Shown here: one piece after another, positions 54,567-64,000 of the stretch | How positions within the stretch are numbered: position 1 is the stretch's first letter | Layout of the letters: the number at the start of each line of letters is the position of its first letter | From: an uncultured Pseudomonadota bacterium | Lineage (GTDB): Bacteria; Oederibacteriota; Muellerivitia; Muellerivitales; Muellerivitaceae | Reading direction: 5' to 3' | DNA length: 64,000 nt | NCBI GenBank assembly: GCA_963836235.1 | Contig: CAWIIP010000002.1 | Coordinates: 608,001-672,000 of the forward strand | Program-made: the position numbers and the translations under genes | Notes under the pieces: generated by a model | The model's database searches: none | What the model was told of the DNA's origin: nothing | The model's input: the letters and a program-made list of their open reading frames with translations, nothing else

Positions 54567-55957
54567 TTTGGCGGCATTACGGAAGTGCCAAGAGCTTGGG
54601 CTAAAGCTTCCACTTTATAAAGCGTTTCCAAATATTCTTTTTCGGGATCGGAGTCCGCGACAATTCCTGCTCCCGCGTGGAACTCCAGCCATCCATTTGG
54701 ATAAAGAGTAAAACTGCGAATCAGAATATTCAAATCAAAACAAAGCCCCGGTGCGACATATCCCATGCTGCCCGTATAAAAACCACGGGGTCTTTCTTCT
54801 AACTCATGGATAATTTCCATACATCGAATTTTTGGGCAACCCGTAATGGTGCCGCCCGGGAAAAGGGCTTTGAGGATATCCGAAAGGGTCGCGGATTCGC
54901 GGCGTTGGGCTTGCACTGTGGAAACAAGATGGTGGACCTTGGCATAGGACTCCACCTCCGAGTATCGTTTGACCTCAACAGTCCCGTAACGGGCTACCCT
55001 TCCCAAATCATTCCGGGCCAAATCCACCAGCATTAGATGTTCTGCCCGTTCTTTCGAATTTGTCTTAAGCTCAACTTGTAATTGCAAATCTTGCGTTTCA
55101 TCCCTTCCCCTTGGCCTGGTGCCCGCAATAGGCCTTGTTTCAATTCGGTTTCCTAGCCCAGAAACCAATCGTTCGGGAGAAGAGGAAACTATCGTGAAAT
55201 TTCTGCCCTTGAAAATTCCCATAAAAGGGCCCGGGTTCATTTCCCGAAGAATTCGGTAAAGACTCCCGGCATTCCCCTCCCACCGTGTTTGGAAAGATTG
55301 TGCTAGGTTGGCTTGGTAAATATCTCCTTCCTGAATGTAGGCCTGGGCTTCCTGAACCTTCACCCGATAATCCTCTAAGCTCCATCGCGACTGAATATCC
55401 TGAACGTTAAAAGGGATTCGAAAACGGGAAACCTCATGAAAGGGATTAAAAAACTCTCTCCCGAAAAGGAAATATTCTTTGGACCGCCGGTTTACCGCAA
55501 TCAAACGGGAAGGTTTGAAAAAATAAAAATCGGGAACGGGCTTGGAATACCCCGACAATTTTTGTTTTTTCCCCAGTTGAGTTCGAACCCCAAACTCATA
55601 ACTTAATATCCCGAACCAAGCGAACGAAAGAGAAAAAGGCATCGGCATAAAACCAGTACGGCTGTTTTCAATCAAATTGGCGAAATCCCAAAAGTCAAAC
55701 TGCGCCTTATGAAGACCCGAATTGTCGGCCAACCAATAATTTTCTCCACTCTCAAAATACTCTTTCTCTGGAAGTCCAGCCAATATCAACCATTCACTGG
55801 CTTCACCCGGCATCCCCGCGCTTTCCAAAAAAATAGCGGGCCCCAATGTTGCCCACGACTCCCATAGCCCTACCCAGTCAACGGATTTTTCCAAGCGCCC
55901 TTCGCCTTGAAGAGATAATTGAGAATAAAATATTTCAGCTAAAAAGTGGATCACCAA
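54563..55957 (-). CDS. pabB: Chorismate-binding protein, probable aminodeoxychorismate synthase component I
   Basis: GDIYQANL, SSPERL, RPIAGTR, AEHLMLVDL.RNDLG, PGGTITGCPK; folate context. Confidence 0.8.
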   Translation of the reverse strand: MVIHFLAEIFYSQLSLQGEGRLEKSVDWVGLWESWATLGPAIFLESAGMPGEASEWLILAGLPEKEYFESGENYWLADNSGLHKAQFDFWDFANLIENSRTGFMPMPFSLSFAWFGILSYEFGVRTQLGKKQKLSGYSKPVPDFYFFKPSRLIAVNRRSKEYFLFGREFFNPFHEVSRFRIPFNVQDIQSRWSLEDYRVKVQEAQAYIQEGDIYQANLAQSFQTRWEGNAGSLYRILREMNPGPFMGIFKGRNFTIVSSSPERLVSGLGNRIETRPIAGTRPRGRDETQDLQLQVELKTNSKERAEHLMLVDLARNDLGRVARYGTVEVKRYSEVESYAKVHHLVSTVQAQRRESATLSDILKALFPGGTITGCPKIRCMEIIHELEERPRGFYTGSMGYVAPGLCFDLNILIRSFTLYPNGWLEFHAGAGIVADSDPEKEYLETLYKVEALAQALGTSVMPPK

Positions 55958-56052
55958 ATTCTCCGGAAAATTCGAATAAACGGGGTTATTTTACAAGCTG
56001 ATGAAAGGGTTCGGAATAAAAGATGGAAATCAAAGCGGGAAAAAAGGGAAAT

Positions 56053-56595
56053 TTAGGCTCTCGACGTCATCAAAACCAGGGATTCTACCGAACGTTGAAT
56101 CTCATTCAAGTCCAAAGGCTTTAGGATAACGGTCAATGGCCCTAACCGCATGGCCTCGCTCAAGAGCTCACTATCGGGATATGCCGTCACAATGACTACC
56201 ATTGCCCCGAGGTTTAGTTTCTTGATTTCCTTGAAGGTTTCGACCCCATTCATTTCGGGCATCTTCAGGTCCAAAAAAATATAATCGTAATTAGTTTGGC
56301 TGGCGGCTTGAATAGCCTCTTTGCCCGAATGAGACACATTGACAGAATATTTTTTCCGGTCCAATGCCCTTTGGTAGAGCTCGCAGATGGCGGGCTCATC
56401 GTCCACTACCAAAACTTTTTTAGGGGAGTGGCCTACACCCTTCTCAAGCCAACGATCCACCAGCTCTTTCTTGAAACGCCATTCACTCCCCACTTTAAAA
56501 GAAGGAATTTCGCCCTGTTGGGCCAATTTGTAAATAGTCGTGGTTGTAATCTTGAGATAGGCCGACAGTTCCTGCGCAGTCATTATTTCAGTCAT
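56053..56595 (-). CDS. Excisionase-type HTH plus receiver-domain regulator
   Basis: MT..ELS.YLK....IYK.AQ.G.IP.FKVG..WRF; VVDDE, LDLKMP.MNG, TAY, KP. Confidence 0.9.
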   Translation of the reverse strand: MTEIMTAQELSAYLKITTTTIYKLAQQGEIPSFKVGSEWRFKKELVDRWLEKGVGHSPKKVLVVDDEPAICELYQRALDRKKYSVNVSHSGKEAIQAASQTNYDYIFLDLKMPEMNGVETFKEIKKLNLGAMVVIVTAYPDSELLSEAMRLGPLTVILKPLDLNEIQRSVESLVLMTSRA

Positions 56596-56904
56596 TAGAT
56601 AAGCCGCCTCAAAGTTAACCCCGGGGTTCTATTACGCATGGTCAGTGAATTATATCGCAAACACTCTTTTCATATTCTACTTTCAACAACTTTAAGTTAG
56701 ATAATACGCATTGACAAATATCAGTCCTAACAAAATTATGGCCCAGCAAAAAAAAACCTGGATTCCTTCGAATTTTATTAAATCCAAAATGTCCCGTGAA
56801 GAATATTAAAAGATTATTAGGAATGATAAAGTTCCATAAATCTTTCGACAATCTTCAACATTAGACTTTTAACGTGATTTCAAATACTGGGGTTCTTCAT
56901 CCGC

Positions 56905-57231
56905 TTAAGAAGGCTTTTGAACGGTCTCCACATAGGAACGGTCAACTTCGATTTTACTATTCTCGTTGATTTTCAAAATTAATACCTGATCTTTGATATC
57001 GGCCACCGTTCCGTAAATTCCCCCCCGGGTCAAGACCCGGTCTCCCCTTTGGATCGCATTGAGGGATTCATCCCTCTTTTTTTTATCTTTAGCCGGAAGA
57101 TATACAAAAAAGAAGTAATACAACAGCATGATGGGCAGGATGGTCGTCATAAAAAGGCTCATCAAAGGGTTTTGAGGACCTACCGATGCGGCAACATTTT
57201 TAGCGGCTGTTTGAGCAAATGCGGAATCCAT
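56905..57231 (-). CDS. yajC: Preprotein translocase subunit YajC
   Basis: One TM helix then GDRVLT.GGIYG.V. Confidence 0.9.
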   Translation of the reverse strand: MDSAFAQTAAKNVAASVGPQNPLMSLFMTTILPIMLLYYFFFVYLPAKDKKKRDESLNAIQRGDRVLTRGGIYGTVADIKDQVLILKINENSKIEVDRSYVETVQKPS

Positions 57232-57252
57232 TTTTTCTCCTTGTGAGAAATG

Positions 57253-58086
57253 TTAATTTTCGTCTAAAACACCATATTTGATTTCCACCAGGTTATGGGT
57301 TTTTACATCGAAGCCAAAAACCAACTTGTCATCCCACCCCAGAAATCCATGAGTGTGCTTGTATCTAAGATAATAAATCTTGTCATTCCTCTCCTCATTG
57401 TCATAGCGAAAATATTCGTTTTGAAACCTGTTCCTCACCTCATTCTCGGAAACATCAAGTCCTACCCCTTCTATGGTTAAAACCTGGAAATCTTGGTCGT
57501 CTTTTGGTTTCTCTATTGTAAAAACCCCAAATTTCTCATTCTCATATTTTTCCAGTGAAATATTTTGGTAAGAATATTTAAACCGCCTCGTTCCGTCTGA
57601 TTTGGTGGTCACCAGATCTCTTTTATAGGGCCAATCCTTGTCCTTCATGACGTGAAAAAGCTCATAAACGGGATAACGGGTCCCCTCAATCCACAATTCA
57701 GCGTTTTGAGTGTCAAAAATGATGATTTTCGGGTTTGCGCTGTTTTCCTTGGAAAGTTCTTCGGCCCGGGTACTGGCCTCCAAATTGATGGTGCTTCCAT
57801 TTTTATTGTCCTCGTCCCTCTTCGGGGGTTGGGAAACGGGAGTGGAGGCCGCTTCAGGCCCAAACCCCTTTTGAAGGCGCAGACGGTCGATTTCCAATTG
57901 GAGCTTTTCATTATCCAGTTGGCACTTTTGAAGTTCTAGATTCATCATTTCCATATCGAGGTCGTGTTGAGTTGTTTTTCGGTGCATCACTTCGGTCGGA
58001 GTTGCCATGGAAGAATCATCTTGGGCAAAAGCTAAAGACCCGCTAAAAAATATCGCTAAAGCCATAAAGCTTCTTAAATTTCTCAT
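57253..58086 (-). CDS. Hypothetical secreted protein
   Basis: Signal peptide (AFA-Q), short coiled coil, SD GAGG. Confidence 0.7.
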   Translation of the reverse strand: MRNLRSFMALAIFFSGSLAFAQDDSSMATPTEVMHRKTTQHDLDMEMMNLELQKCQLDNEKLQLEIDRLRLQKGFGPEAASTPVSQPPKRDEDNKNGSTINLEASTRAEELSKENSANPKIIIFDTQNAELWIEGTRYPVYELFHVMKDKDWPYKRDLVTTKSDGTRRFKYSYQNISLEKYENEKFGVFTIEKPKDDQDFQVLTIEGVGLDVSENEVRNRFQNEYFRYDNEERNDKIYYLRYKHTHGFLGWDDKLVFGFDVKTHNLVEIKYGVLDEN

Positions 58087-58166
58087 TCACAAACCTCTTT
58101 TTGAAAGAACTAATGGCGAAAAATCTCGTCAGAGAACGGCCAAAGCATAACATTTTGACTGAAAAT

Positions 58167-58204
58167 AAAAAACCCCGCCTCGAAAAACCGAGGCGGGGTT
58201 TTTT
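58167..58204. terminator. Strong bidirectional intrinsic terminator
   Basis: AAAAAACCCCGCCTCG-AAAAAC-CGAGGCGGGGTTTTTT. Confidence 0.88.
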
Positions 58205-58216
58205 GAACTACCGATC

Positions 58217-59902
58217 TTAGAACTTAAAAGTACCGTCAACCTTGGCAACGGTAACGAGATTCCCGGAGAACAAAGTTCCCGCACCCGGTGCGATATTGAC
58301 CAATGTAGTATTTTCTACAACGTCCTCATTCAACAGAGCGTCGAACGCGAAATTGCCGAATTTCACCCCGAAACCGCTGGTGAACATAACATTGGCAAAC
58401 TGGTCGCTCCAGCTGTTGTCCGTCTCGACGTTTTGGTAAACGCCGGCGGCGGTCTGGTTGTTGCGGCCAATGGTCTTATCCGAATAACTCTGGAAAGCGT
58501 TAGCCGTCGCTCCGAGGCGGAGGGTTAACCAATTAAACAAATCCTGCTCCGCGCCCATGTGGACAGGAACGAGGAAATTGGTATAGTCCGAATCGGAATA
58601 ATAAACAGGCTGGAATGCCGCGTTAGCGACATTATAAGTCTGACTTTCATCGGTGAAATGTTGGTTGCGGTATTGCACACCGATGGAAGAAATAAACCTT
58701 CCCTTGCCATCCTCGATCTTATGAACACAACCGGCGTTCAAATTGATATCCAAGTTCGAGTAAGTGGTATCACGGAATTCATTCGTATCTCCCGCGTCCA
58801 GGAAGCTTCCGTTGTTGTTGTTATCTTCTTGGAAGGTTTCCTTCGTGCCCAACTGGCTGATGACATCGTTGGTGGACAACCTAATTTGGGTATTTTCATC
58901 CGAATCCTTAACGGCCAAAGCATTCACTCGGAAATCATAAATACCGTTGTCTTTCATCATGTTTTGGAAGTAATTGTTCACTCCAGTAGCGGTAGCGTTT
59001 TCTTCGATTTCGGAATCAATCATTGAAATAGTTCCTAATTCGAACGAAGCAGCCACGTCGAGGTTTGAGAAAGGACCAACGTCCTTGCTCCCAATACCCG
59101 CGGACAAGCCAAATTCTTGGACTTGATCAGCTTCTTGTTTATAGCCCAGGTAGGTGCCTGCGGCAGGAGTAGCCGGAACCAAAACGTTGGTATTGCCCGT
59201 GAAATCCCAATAATCGCCCGCTTGATCCCCATAATTTAAGGAAAGACCAAAGCCCTGGTCTGCGAAAGTAACCTCGAACTTGTTATTCGGGGTTTGAAGA
59301 TACTCCCCAATGCGATTTGAGTTGCTGGCTCCCGTATTTCCGCCCGCAGGATTAGCCATACCCGTCCCATTCCAATCGGACCAGTGATTAACGACCGATC
59401 CCCAATTGTTAGTCATGGCACCCCAACCACCTGCATCCGTTGGGTCAAAACCACCTAGATTCGAATAGGTATTATTGTATCCGTCGGTTTCAGTCCCAAG
59501 TCTCAAATCCGGGTTCCCACCCGCGTTGTCGGTGAAATAATTCACCGGAACATTGAGAAAGAGCGCCCAAGTTCCAATTCCATGTTTGGAATCAATCATC
59601 CCAAACCAGTTGTCGGAACCGGAAAGAAGTCCATTTCCGTCCCAACCGATAGTATCCGTGCCACCAGCGGGAGGAATACCTGGAACCGCCTGATAATCCG
59701 GCGTTCCGTAATACAAGAAGAAGGTATTCGAAAAGTTAGAGGCCTGTTCCGGGAAGAGCTGAACCAAGTCGCTGCTCCCCGTCCTTAACGACGCGTCAAA
59801 ACCCGCACCTTGACCCAAGCTCTGGTCCGCCACATCCGCGAAGGATGCGACTGGCGCCAAAACGAGGCCAGCCAGCAACAACAATGCTAATGCTTTCTTC
59901 AT
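58217..59902 (-). CDS. Probable outer-membrane beta-barrel protein
   Basis: Signal peptide ASFA-D; G/N/D/aromatic-rich amphipathic strands; C-terminal KVDGTFKF; SD AAGGAG. Confidence 0.7.
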   Translation of the reverse strand: MKKALALLLLAGLVLAPVASFADVADQSLGQGAGFDASLRTGSSDLVQLFPEQASNFSNTFFLYYGTPDYQAVPGIPPAGGTDTIGWDGNGLLSGSDNWFGMIDSKHGIGTWALFLNVPVNYFTDNAGGNPDLRLGTETDGYNNTYSNLGGFDPTDAGGWGAMTNNWGSVVNHWSDWNGTGMANPAGGNTGASNSNRIGEYLQTPNNKFEVTFADQGFGLSLNYGDQAGDYWDFTGNTNVLVPATPAAGTYLGYKQEADQVQEFGLSAGIGSKDVGPFSNLDVAASFELGTISMIDSEIEENATATGVNNYFQNMMKDNGIYDFRVNALAVKDSDENTQIRLSTNDVISQLGTKETFQEDNNNNGSFLDAGDTNEFRDTTYSNLDINLNAGCVHKIEDGKGRFISSIGVQYRNQHFTDESQTYNVANAAFQPVYYSDSDYTNFLVPVHMGAEQDLFNWLTLRLGATANAFQSYSDKTIGRNNQTAAGVYQNVETDNSWSDQFANVMFTSGFGVKFGNFAFDALLNEDVVENTTLVNIAPGAGTLFSGNLVTVAKVDGTFKF

Positions 59903-60196
59903 GCTTCTCTCTCCTTAAGCTTTTTTGGGGCCCGCACTCCTCAGGGAAGAGTGCCGTACCCGAATTTCACTGCTTAACAGGCCCTTTCGAGCCCAAAAAC
60001 CAATAACAAAGAACCATAAGAGCGTGATCGCCTCCCAAAAAAGCGCCACCCTCCACATAATCTCCAACAAACAAACGGACGTGATCACGAACCACCTGCG
60101 TTGAAGAGCATAAGCCCCGCTTTACGCGAAACTTACGCATTTTCCCCTAAGTCTTAGGCCAAAAATATCAAAACCAGGGCCAACACAATTGACAAG

Positions 60197-60225
60197 ACTA
60201 TAAAGACTGGTTTTGAAGGCGTCAA
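60197..60225 (-). promoter_or_regulatory. Sigma70-type promoter about 290 nt upstream of the OMP gene
   Basis: TTGACG (60225-20), 17 nt spacer, TATAGT (60202-197). Confidence 0.7.
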
Positions 60226-60370
60226 CCCAAAAAAAGCTGTTTAAAGCAAAAATAACCCCACAGGATGGGGCTTTATTACATCACCATCAAAGACTTGTGG
60301 ATAATTGGCAAAAGCTCAATTTAAGGGGATTTGGGAATTGTCTTGAAAATGAAAATCAAATTGATAACTT

Positions 60371-62221
60371 CTATTCCACGGTCACACTTTTAGCCAGATT
60401 TCGGGGCTGGTCAATTTCACGGCCTTTATGCTTGGCAATCTCATAGGCCAATATTTGTAGTGGTAAAACCGAGAGCATGGGGGAAAGATCCTCATCCACA
60501 GCGGGGATTTCAATCACCGCATCTGCCTTGCGAACAGCGGTCTTATCGCCCTTTTCAACAAGAGCTATCAGTTTTCCATCGCGGGCTTTTACTTCTTCCA
60601 TGTTATTCAGCATCTTTTCGTAAACCCCGGAGGACTTTAAAGCTATAGCCACCACCGGCATCTTGGAATCAATCAATGCAATAGGTCCATGCTTCATTTC
60701 CCCGCCCGGATAGCCTTCAGCGTGGATGTAGGAGATTTCTTTCAATTTTAGGGCTCCCTCCAAGGCGATGGGATAATGGATACCCCGCCCGATATACAGA
60801 AAGTTAAAATAGTAGGAGAAATCCCGGGCCATTTTTTCCAGGTATTTACGTTGTTTCAATACCGAAGCCATGATTTGTGGCAGGCGGGAAAGCACCTTGG
60901 CTTTCTTTTTCAATTCGGCGGGTGGGAGGGTTTTGCGCATGCCAGCTAGGTGAAGGGTCAAAAGCCAGAATGCCCCCAGTTGAGTGGTAAAAGCCTTAGT
61001 GGAAGCAACGCCGATCTCTGGGCCCGCGCGCGTCAGAAGAACCCCATCCGCTTCCCGGGTGGCTGAACTGCCCATAACGTTACAGATAACCGCCACTTTA
61101 GCGCCCTTGGATTTTGCCTCCCGGAGCGCCACCAATGTGTCTACGGTTTCACCGCTTTGGGAAACCACGATTGCCAAGGTGTCCTTGTCAATAATCGGGT
61201 TGCGGTAACGAAACTCGGAAGCGTTATCCACGTCCACGGGAATGCGTAAGTATTTTTCCAGAAGGAACTTCCCTACTAGCGCGGCGTAATAAGAAGTGCC
61301 CATGGCTAGAACCGTAATTTTCTTGAAGCGCTTCAGGTAAGGCGATTCCCAAAATTTTCCTTCCAAGGCCACTTCCCCAGTCCGGGGGTCCAATCGGCTG
61401 GTAAAAGTGTCTTCCATGGCCCGGGGCTGCTCCATAATTTCCTTCAGCATGAAGTGGGGGTAACCACCTTTTTCCGCCTGCTCCGGGCTCCACTCGATTT
61501 CCGAAATTTTAGGCTGACGGATTTTGCCATCGTGGACGCCAATCAGTTCCACTCCATCGGTCTTAATGGTAACCATTTCGTTGTCTTCCAAGTAAAAGAC
61601 CCGCCGGGTATGGGCCAAAAGAGCCGGCACGTCGGAAGCCAAAAGATTCTCACCTTTGCCTAAACCAATCACCAAGCCCCCCCCGCCGGAACGGGCTCCA
61701 ATAAGGGTATGGGGTTCCCCTTCGTAAACGGCCACCACCGAATAGGTCCCCTCGATTTTTTCCAAGGCCCAACGTACGGCGTCCCGCCAGGAATGTTTTT
61801 TGAGGCCTTCTTCCATTAGATGGGCCAAAACTTCCGAATCGGTCTGGGATTTGAAGCGGTGTCCCTTATCCTGAAGCTGCTTTTTCAATTTTTGGTAATT
61901 TTCAACAATGCCGTTATGGACGACCGCGATATTGCCCGAGCAATCCGTGTGAGGGTGAGCATTCTGATCGGTAGGATGCCCATGGGTAGCCCAGCGGGTA
62001 TGACCGATGCCGGAGGTGATCGCGGGAGAAATATGCGCCTTCTTCACCGCCAAAACCAGGTTGTGGATCTTACCGGCTTTTTTGATGATCTGAAGCTTGC
62101 GGCCTGGAATTAAAAGGGCAAGGCCTGCGGAGTCGTAACCCCGGTATTCCAATTTGGCTAGGCCATTGATCAACAAGGGGGCCGCTGGTTTAGGGCCGGT
62201 ATATCCAACAATGCCGCACAT
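60371..62221 (-). CDS. glmS: Glutamine--fructose-6-phosphate aminotransferase
   Basis: MCGIVG, LEYRGYDSAG, GHTRWATHG, SQSGET, PRNLAKSVTVE. Confidence 0.99.
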   Translation of the reverse strand: MCGIVGYTGPKPAAPLLINGLAKLEYRGYDSAGLALLIPGRKLQIIKKAGKIHNLVLAVKKAHISPAITSGIGHTRWATHGHPTDQNAHPHTDCSGNIAVVHNGIVENYQKLKKQLQDKGHRFKSQTDSEVLAHLMEEGLKKHSWRDAVRWALEKIEGTYSVVAVYEGEPHTLIGARSGGGGLVIGLGKGENLLASDVPALLAHTRRVFYLEDNEMVTIKTDGVELIGVHDGKIRQPKISEIEWSPEQAEKGGYPHFMLKEIMEQPRAMEDTFTSRLDPRTGEVALEGKFWESPYLKRFKKITVLAMGTSYYAALVGKFLLEKYLRIPVDVDNASEFRYRNPIIDKDTLAIVVSQSGETVDTLVALREAKSKGAKVAVICNVMGSSATREADGVLLTRAGPEIGVASTKAFTTQLGAFWLLTLHLAGMRKTLPPAELKKKAKVLSRLPQIMASVLKQRKYLEKMARDFSYYFNFLYIGRGIHYPIALEGALKLKEISYIHAEGYPGGEMKHGPIALIDSKMPVVAIALKSSGVYEKMLNNMEEVKARDGKLIALVEKGDKTAVRKADAVIEIPAVDEDLSPMLSVLPLQILAYEIAKHKGREIDQPRNLAKSVTVE

Positions 62222-62289
62222 AAAAACCTCGAATTAGAGTCTAAAGAATGCGGCATATTAACACGCCGGTAAGGCCAATAAAAAGAGGC

Positions 62290-63117
62290 TTATTCCAGGG
62301 CCTTCGAAAGCCCCACTAGTTTTTCCAAACCCAGTTGCTCCCCCCGAATCTGCGGATTAATGGAAGTCTTTTCAAGGGCCGACTGTACCTTTTCGACAGG
62401 TTTTCCCAAAGACTTCAGGGAATTGGAAAGCATTTTGCGCCGAGTTTGAAAAATAGCGCGTACCAGGGCAAAAAATTGTTTTTCCGAAGGACCCTCCAAA
62501 GGAAAGGAAGGCTTTATTTCCAATTCAATAAACGCGGAGTCAACCTTAGGCTTGGGCTTAAAACAACGGGCTGGAACATCCACCAGCTTGCGGGGTTTGC
62601 TGTAAAACTGGGCACAAATGGTCAGCGCCCCATAGGCTTTGGTTCCGGGCGCGGCCACCAGCCGTTCCGCCACTTCTTTTTGGACCATGAGGTAAATCTT
62701 GCGAACGATAGAGTTGTACTGGGTTAAGAGACGGGTAATCAAGGGTGAAGTAAGGTAATAAGGTATGTTCCCCGCCACCGTCAGACGAGCCGGGGGCGGG
62801 GGTGCAAAAGGTGTCAAATCTAACTTAAGAATGTCCGCTTTCACTAAGCCCATTCCTGGAGTCTTTCCGAATTTTCTTTCCAACATGGCGAAAAGCTTAT
62901 GATCCACTTCCACTACCGTTAAAAGCGCGCCCTTCTTGGCCAATCGCTCGGTCAAAACCCCGTAACCACCTCCCACCTCCAATAGTACGTCTCCTGTAGG
63001 ACAGTGTATGACTTGGTCGATCTGATCGAGAACTTTGGAATCGGTGAGGAAATTTTGCCCGGCGGTCTTGCGGGGACGGTAGGAAAATTCTTTGAAAAGA
63101 TCCGAGATCGAATCCAT
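62290..63117 (-). CDS. rsmA: 16S rRNA adenine dimethyltransferase KsgA
   Basis: GQNFL.D, GNIPYY.TSP, MVQKEVA.R, F.P.PKVDS. Confidence 0.95.
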   Translation of the reverse strand: MDSISDLFKEFSYRPRKTAGQNFLTDSKVLDQIDQVIHCPTGDVLLEVGGGYGVLTERLAKKGALLTVVEVDHKLFAMLERKFGKTPGMGLVKADILKLDLTPFAPPPPARLTVAGNIPYYLTSPLITRLLTQYNSIVRKIYLMVQKEVAERLVAAPGTKAYGALTICAQFYSKPRKLVDVPARCFKPKPKVDSAFIELEIKPSFPLEGPSEKQFFALVRAIFQTRRKMLSNSLKSLGKPVEKVQSALEKTSINPQIRGEQLGLEKLVGLSKALE

Positions 63118-63998
63118 CAGGATTTTCGGACCAGGGACTCTGCCAATCGGATGGCCGAAATCATACTGTCAGGACGGGCCTTACCCTTGCCCGCGATATC
63201 GAAAGCCGTCCCGTGGTCGGGAGAGGTTCGAATGAAAGGCAGCCCTAGGGTTAAGTTCACCCCACTATCAAAGGCTGTTAGCTTCAGGGGTATAAGCCCT
63301 TGATCGTGATACATGCAAAGAATAGCGTCATAGGGCTTTTGTGAGGCCCAATAAAAAAGCGTATCGGGCGGGTGGGGGCCGGTCACATCCCAACCCATCT
63401 TCTTCGCCTTTTCGACAACCGGTATCAAAACCTTGATCTCTTCTTTTCCAAAAGCCCCGTTTTCCCCCGCGTGGGGATTCACCCCTGCCACCGCGATTCG
63501 GGGCTTGGGGATTCCAAACCAACGCCGAAGGGTCTTGTGGGTCAACTCAAGCTTCTCCCAAACCAAGGCGGGTTTGACACTCTCAAGTGATTTTTCAAGC
63601 GACACATGGATGGATTGGAGAACGATCCGAAAAGGCCCGCCCATCATCATCATGGCGAAAGATTGGGAACTAGATAGGGTTGCCAAAAGTTCCGTATGAC
63701 CCGGAAAGGGACAGCCTGCCCTATGAATGGCTTCTTTGTTGATAGGCGCGGTTACTAGGGCATCCACATCACCAGCTAAAGCCAGCCGAGCCCCCTCCGC
63801 CACATAGCGCACTGCGGCGGCGCCATTGGCCGCGGTTATCTTGCCCCACTGGATTTTCTTCACCCCGCCCAGGTCCAGAACCGCCACACCTTTTTTTAGT
63901 TCCCGGCCCAATTCGGCATCATTTACCCATACGAACGGAATGTGAAACTTCAGTTTTTTGGCCAAAGCGACCCAATGTCGATAGTCACCTAATAGGAT
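63117..63998 (-). CDS. pdxA: 4-hydroxythreonine-4-phosphate dehydrogenase (N-terminus outside window)
   Basis: TAPINK, GHTE, NPHAGE, MYHDQG, RTSPDHGTAFDIAG; frame stays open to the edge. Confidence 0.95.
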   Translation of the reverse strand: MLLGDYRHWVALAKKLKFHIPFVWVNDAELGRELKKGVAVLDLGGVKKIQWGKITAANGAAAVRYVAEGARLALAGDVDALVTAPINKEAIHRAGCPFPGHTELLATLSSSQSFAMMMMGGPFRIVLQSIHVSLEKSLESVKPALVWEKLELTHKTLRRWFGIPKPRIAVAGVNPHAGENGAFGKEEIKVLIPVVEKAKKMGWDVTGPHPPDTLFYWASQKPYDAILCMYHDQGLIPLKLTAFDSGVNLTLGLPFIRTSPDHGTAFDIAGKGKARPDSMISAIRLAESLVRKS

Positions 63999-64000
63999 GT

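Noticed and set aside
60100-60170. c-di-GMP riboswitch in the OMP leader
   Set aside because: The consensus P1/P2 junction and tetraloop-receptor arrangement were not found
62222-62289. glmS ribozyme
   Set aside because: The intergenic gap is only 68 nt and lacks the conserved core
1-64000. CRISPR arrays, tRNA/rRNA genes, transposases, integrases or prophage
   Set aside because: No regularly spaced repeats, cloverleafs or mobile-element ORFs seen; the HTH at 56053 is a regulator fusion, not a phage excisionase

Overview
Bacterial core-genome window with almost every gene on the minus strand. In transcription order (right to left) it holds: pdxA (partial)-rsmA-glmS; a probable major outer-membrane protein with a long structured leader; yajC; an HTH-REC regulator; pabB-pabC-folD-coaE; two coupled GAF-GGDEF cyclases; rho-M23-rpmE-prfA-prmC; rpoB-rpoC; the str/S10/spc/alpha ribosomal superoperon (rpsL to rplQ); an AT-rich accessory block at about 8.5-16.2 kb; and ilvB-ilvN-ilvC-psd-pssA-leuA-leuB, followed by a Thr/Pro-rich secreted protein. 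Features missed by the ORF track are rpmJ, a 25-aa Val/Leu leader peptide with a complete transcription attenuator upstream of ilvB, and the Thr-rich gene. The most novel-looking element lies in the accessory block. The only credible plus-strand gene encodes a stand-alone two-repeat (W-S-K-E...F-x-S-W..A..AAG) nucleic-acid-binding-like protein whose promoter is covered by phased 10-bp repeats. It is followed by a candidate ~300-nt multi-stem plus-strand non-coding RNA with its own putative promoter. Other oddities are an altered universally conserved uL2 motif, a 3-aa insertion in the uL22 tunnel loop, a GC-rich tuf inside AT-rich ribosomal genes, and terminator-like hairpins in the rpoB and rpsL leaders. 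An RpoC indel and the TPT-rich protein suggest a diderm lineage related to the FCB group, possibly candidate phylum FCPU426; this is inference only. All structures and promoters were read by eye and no searches were run.
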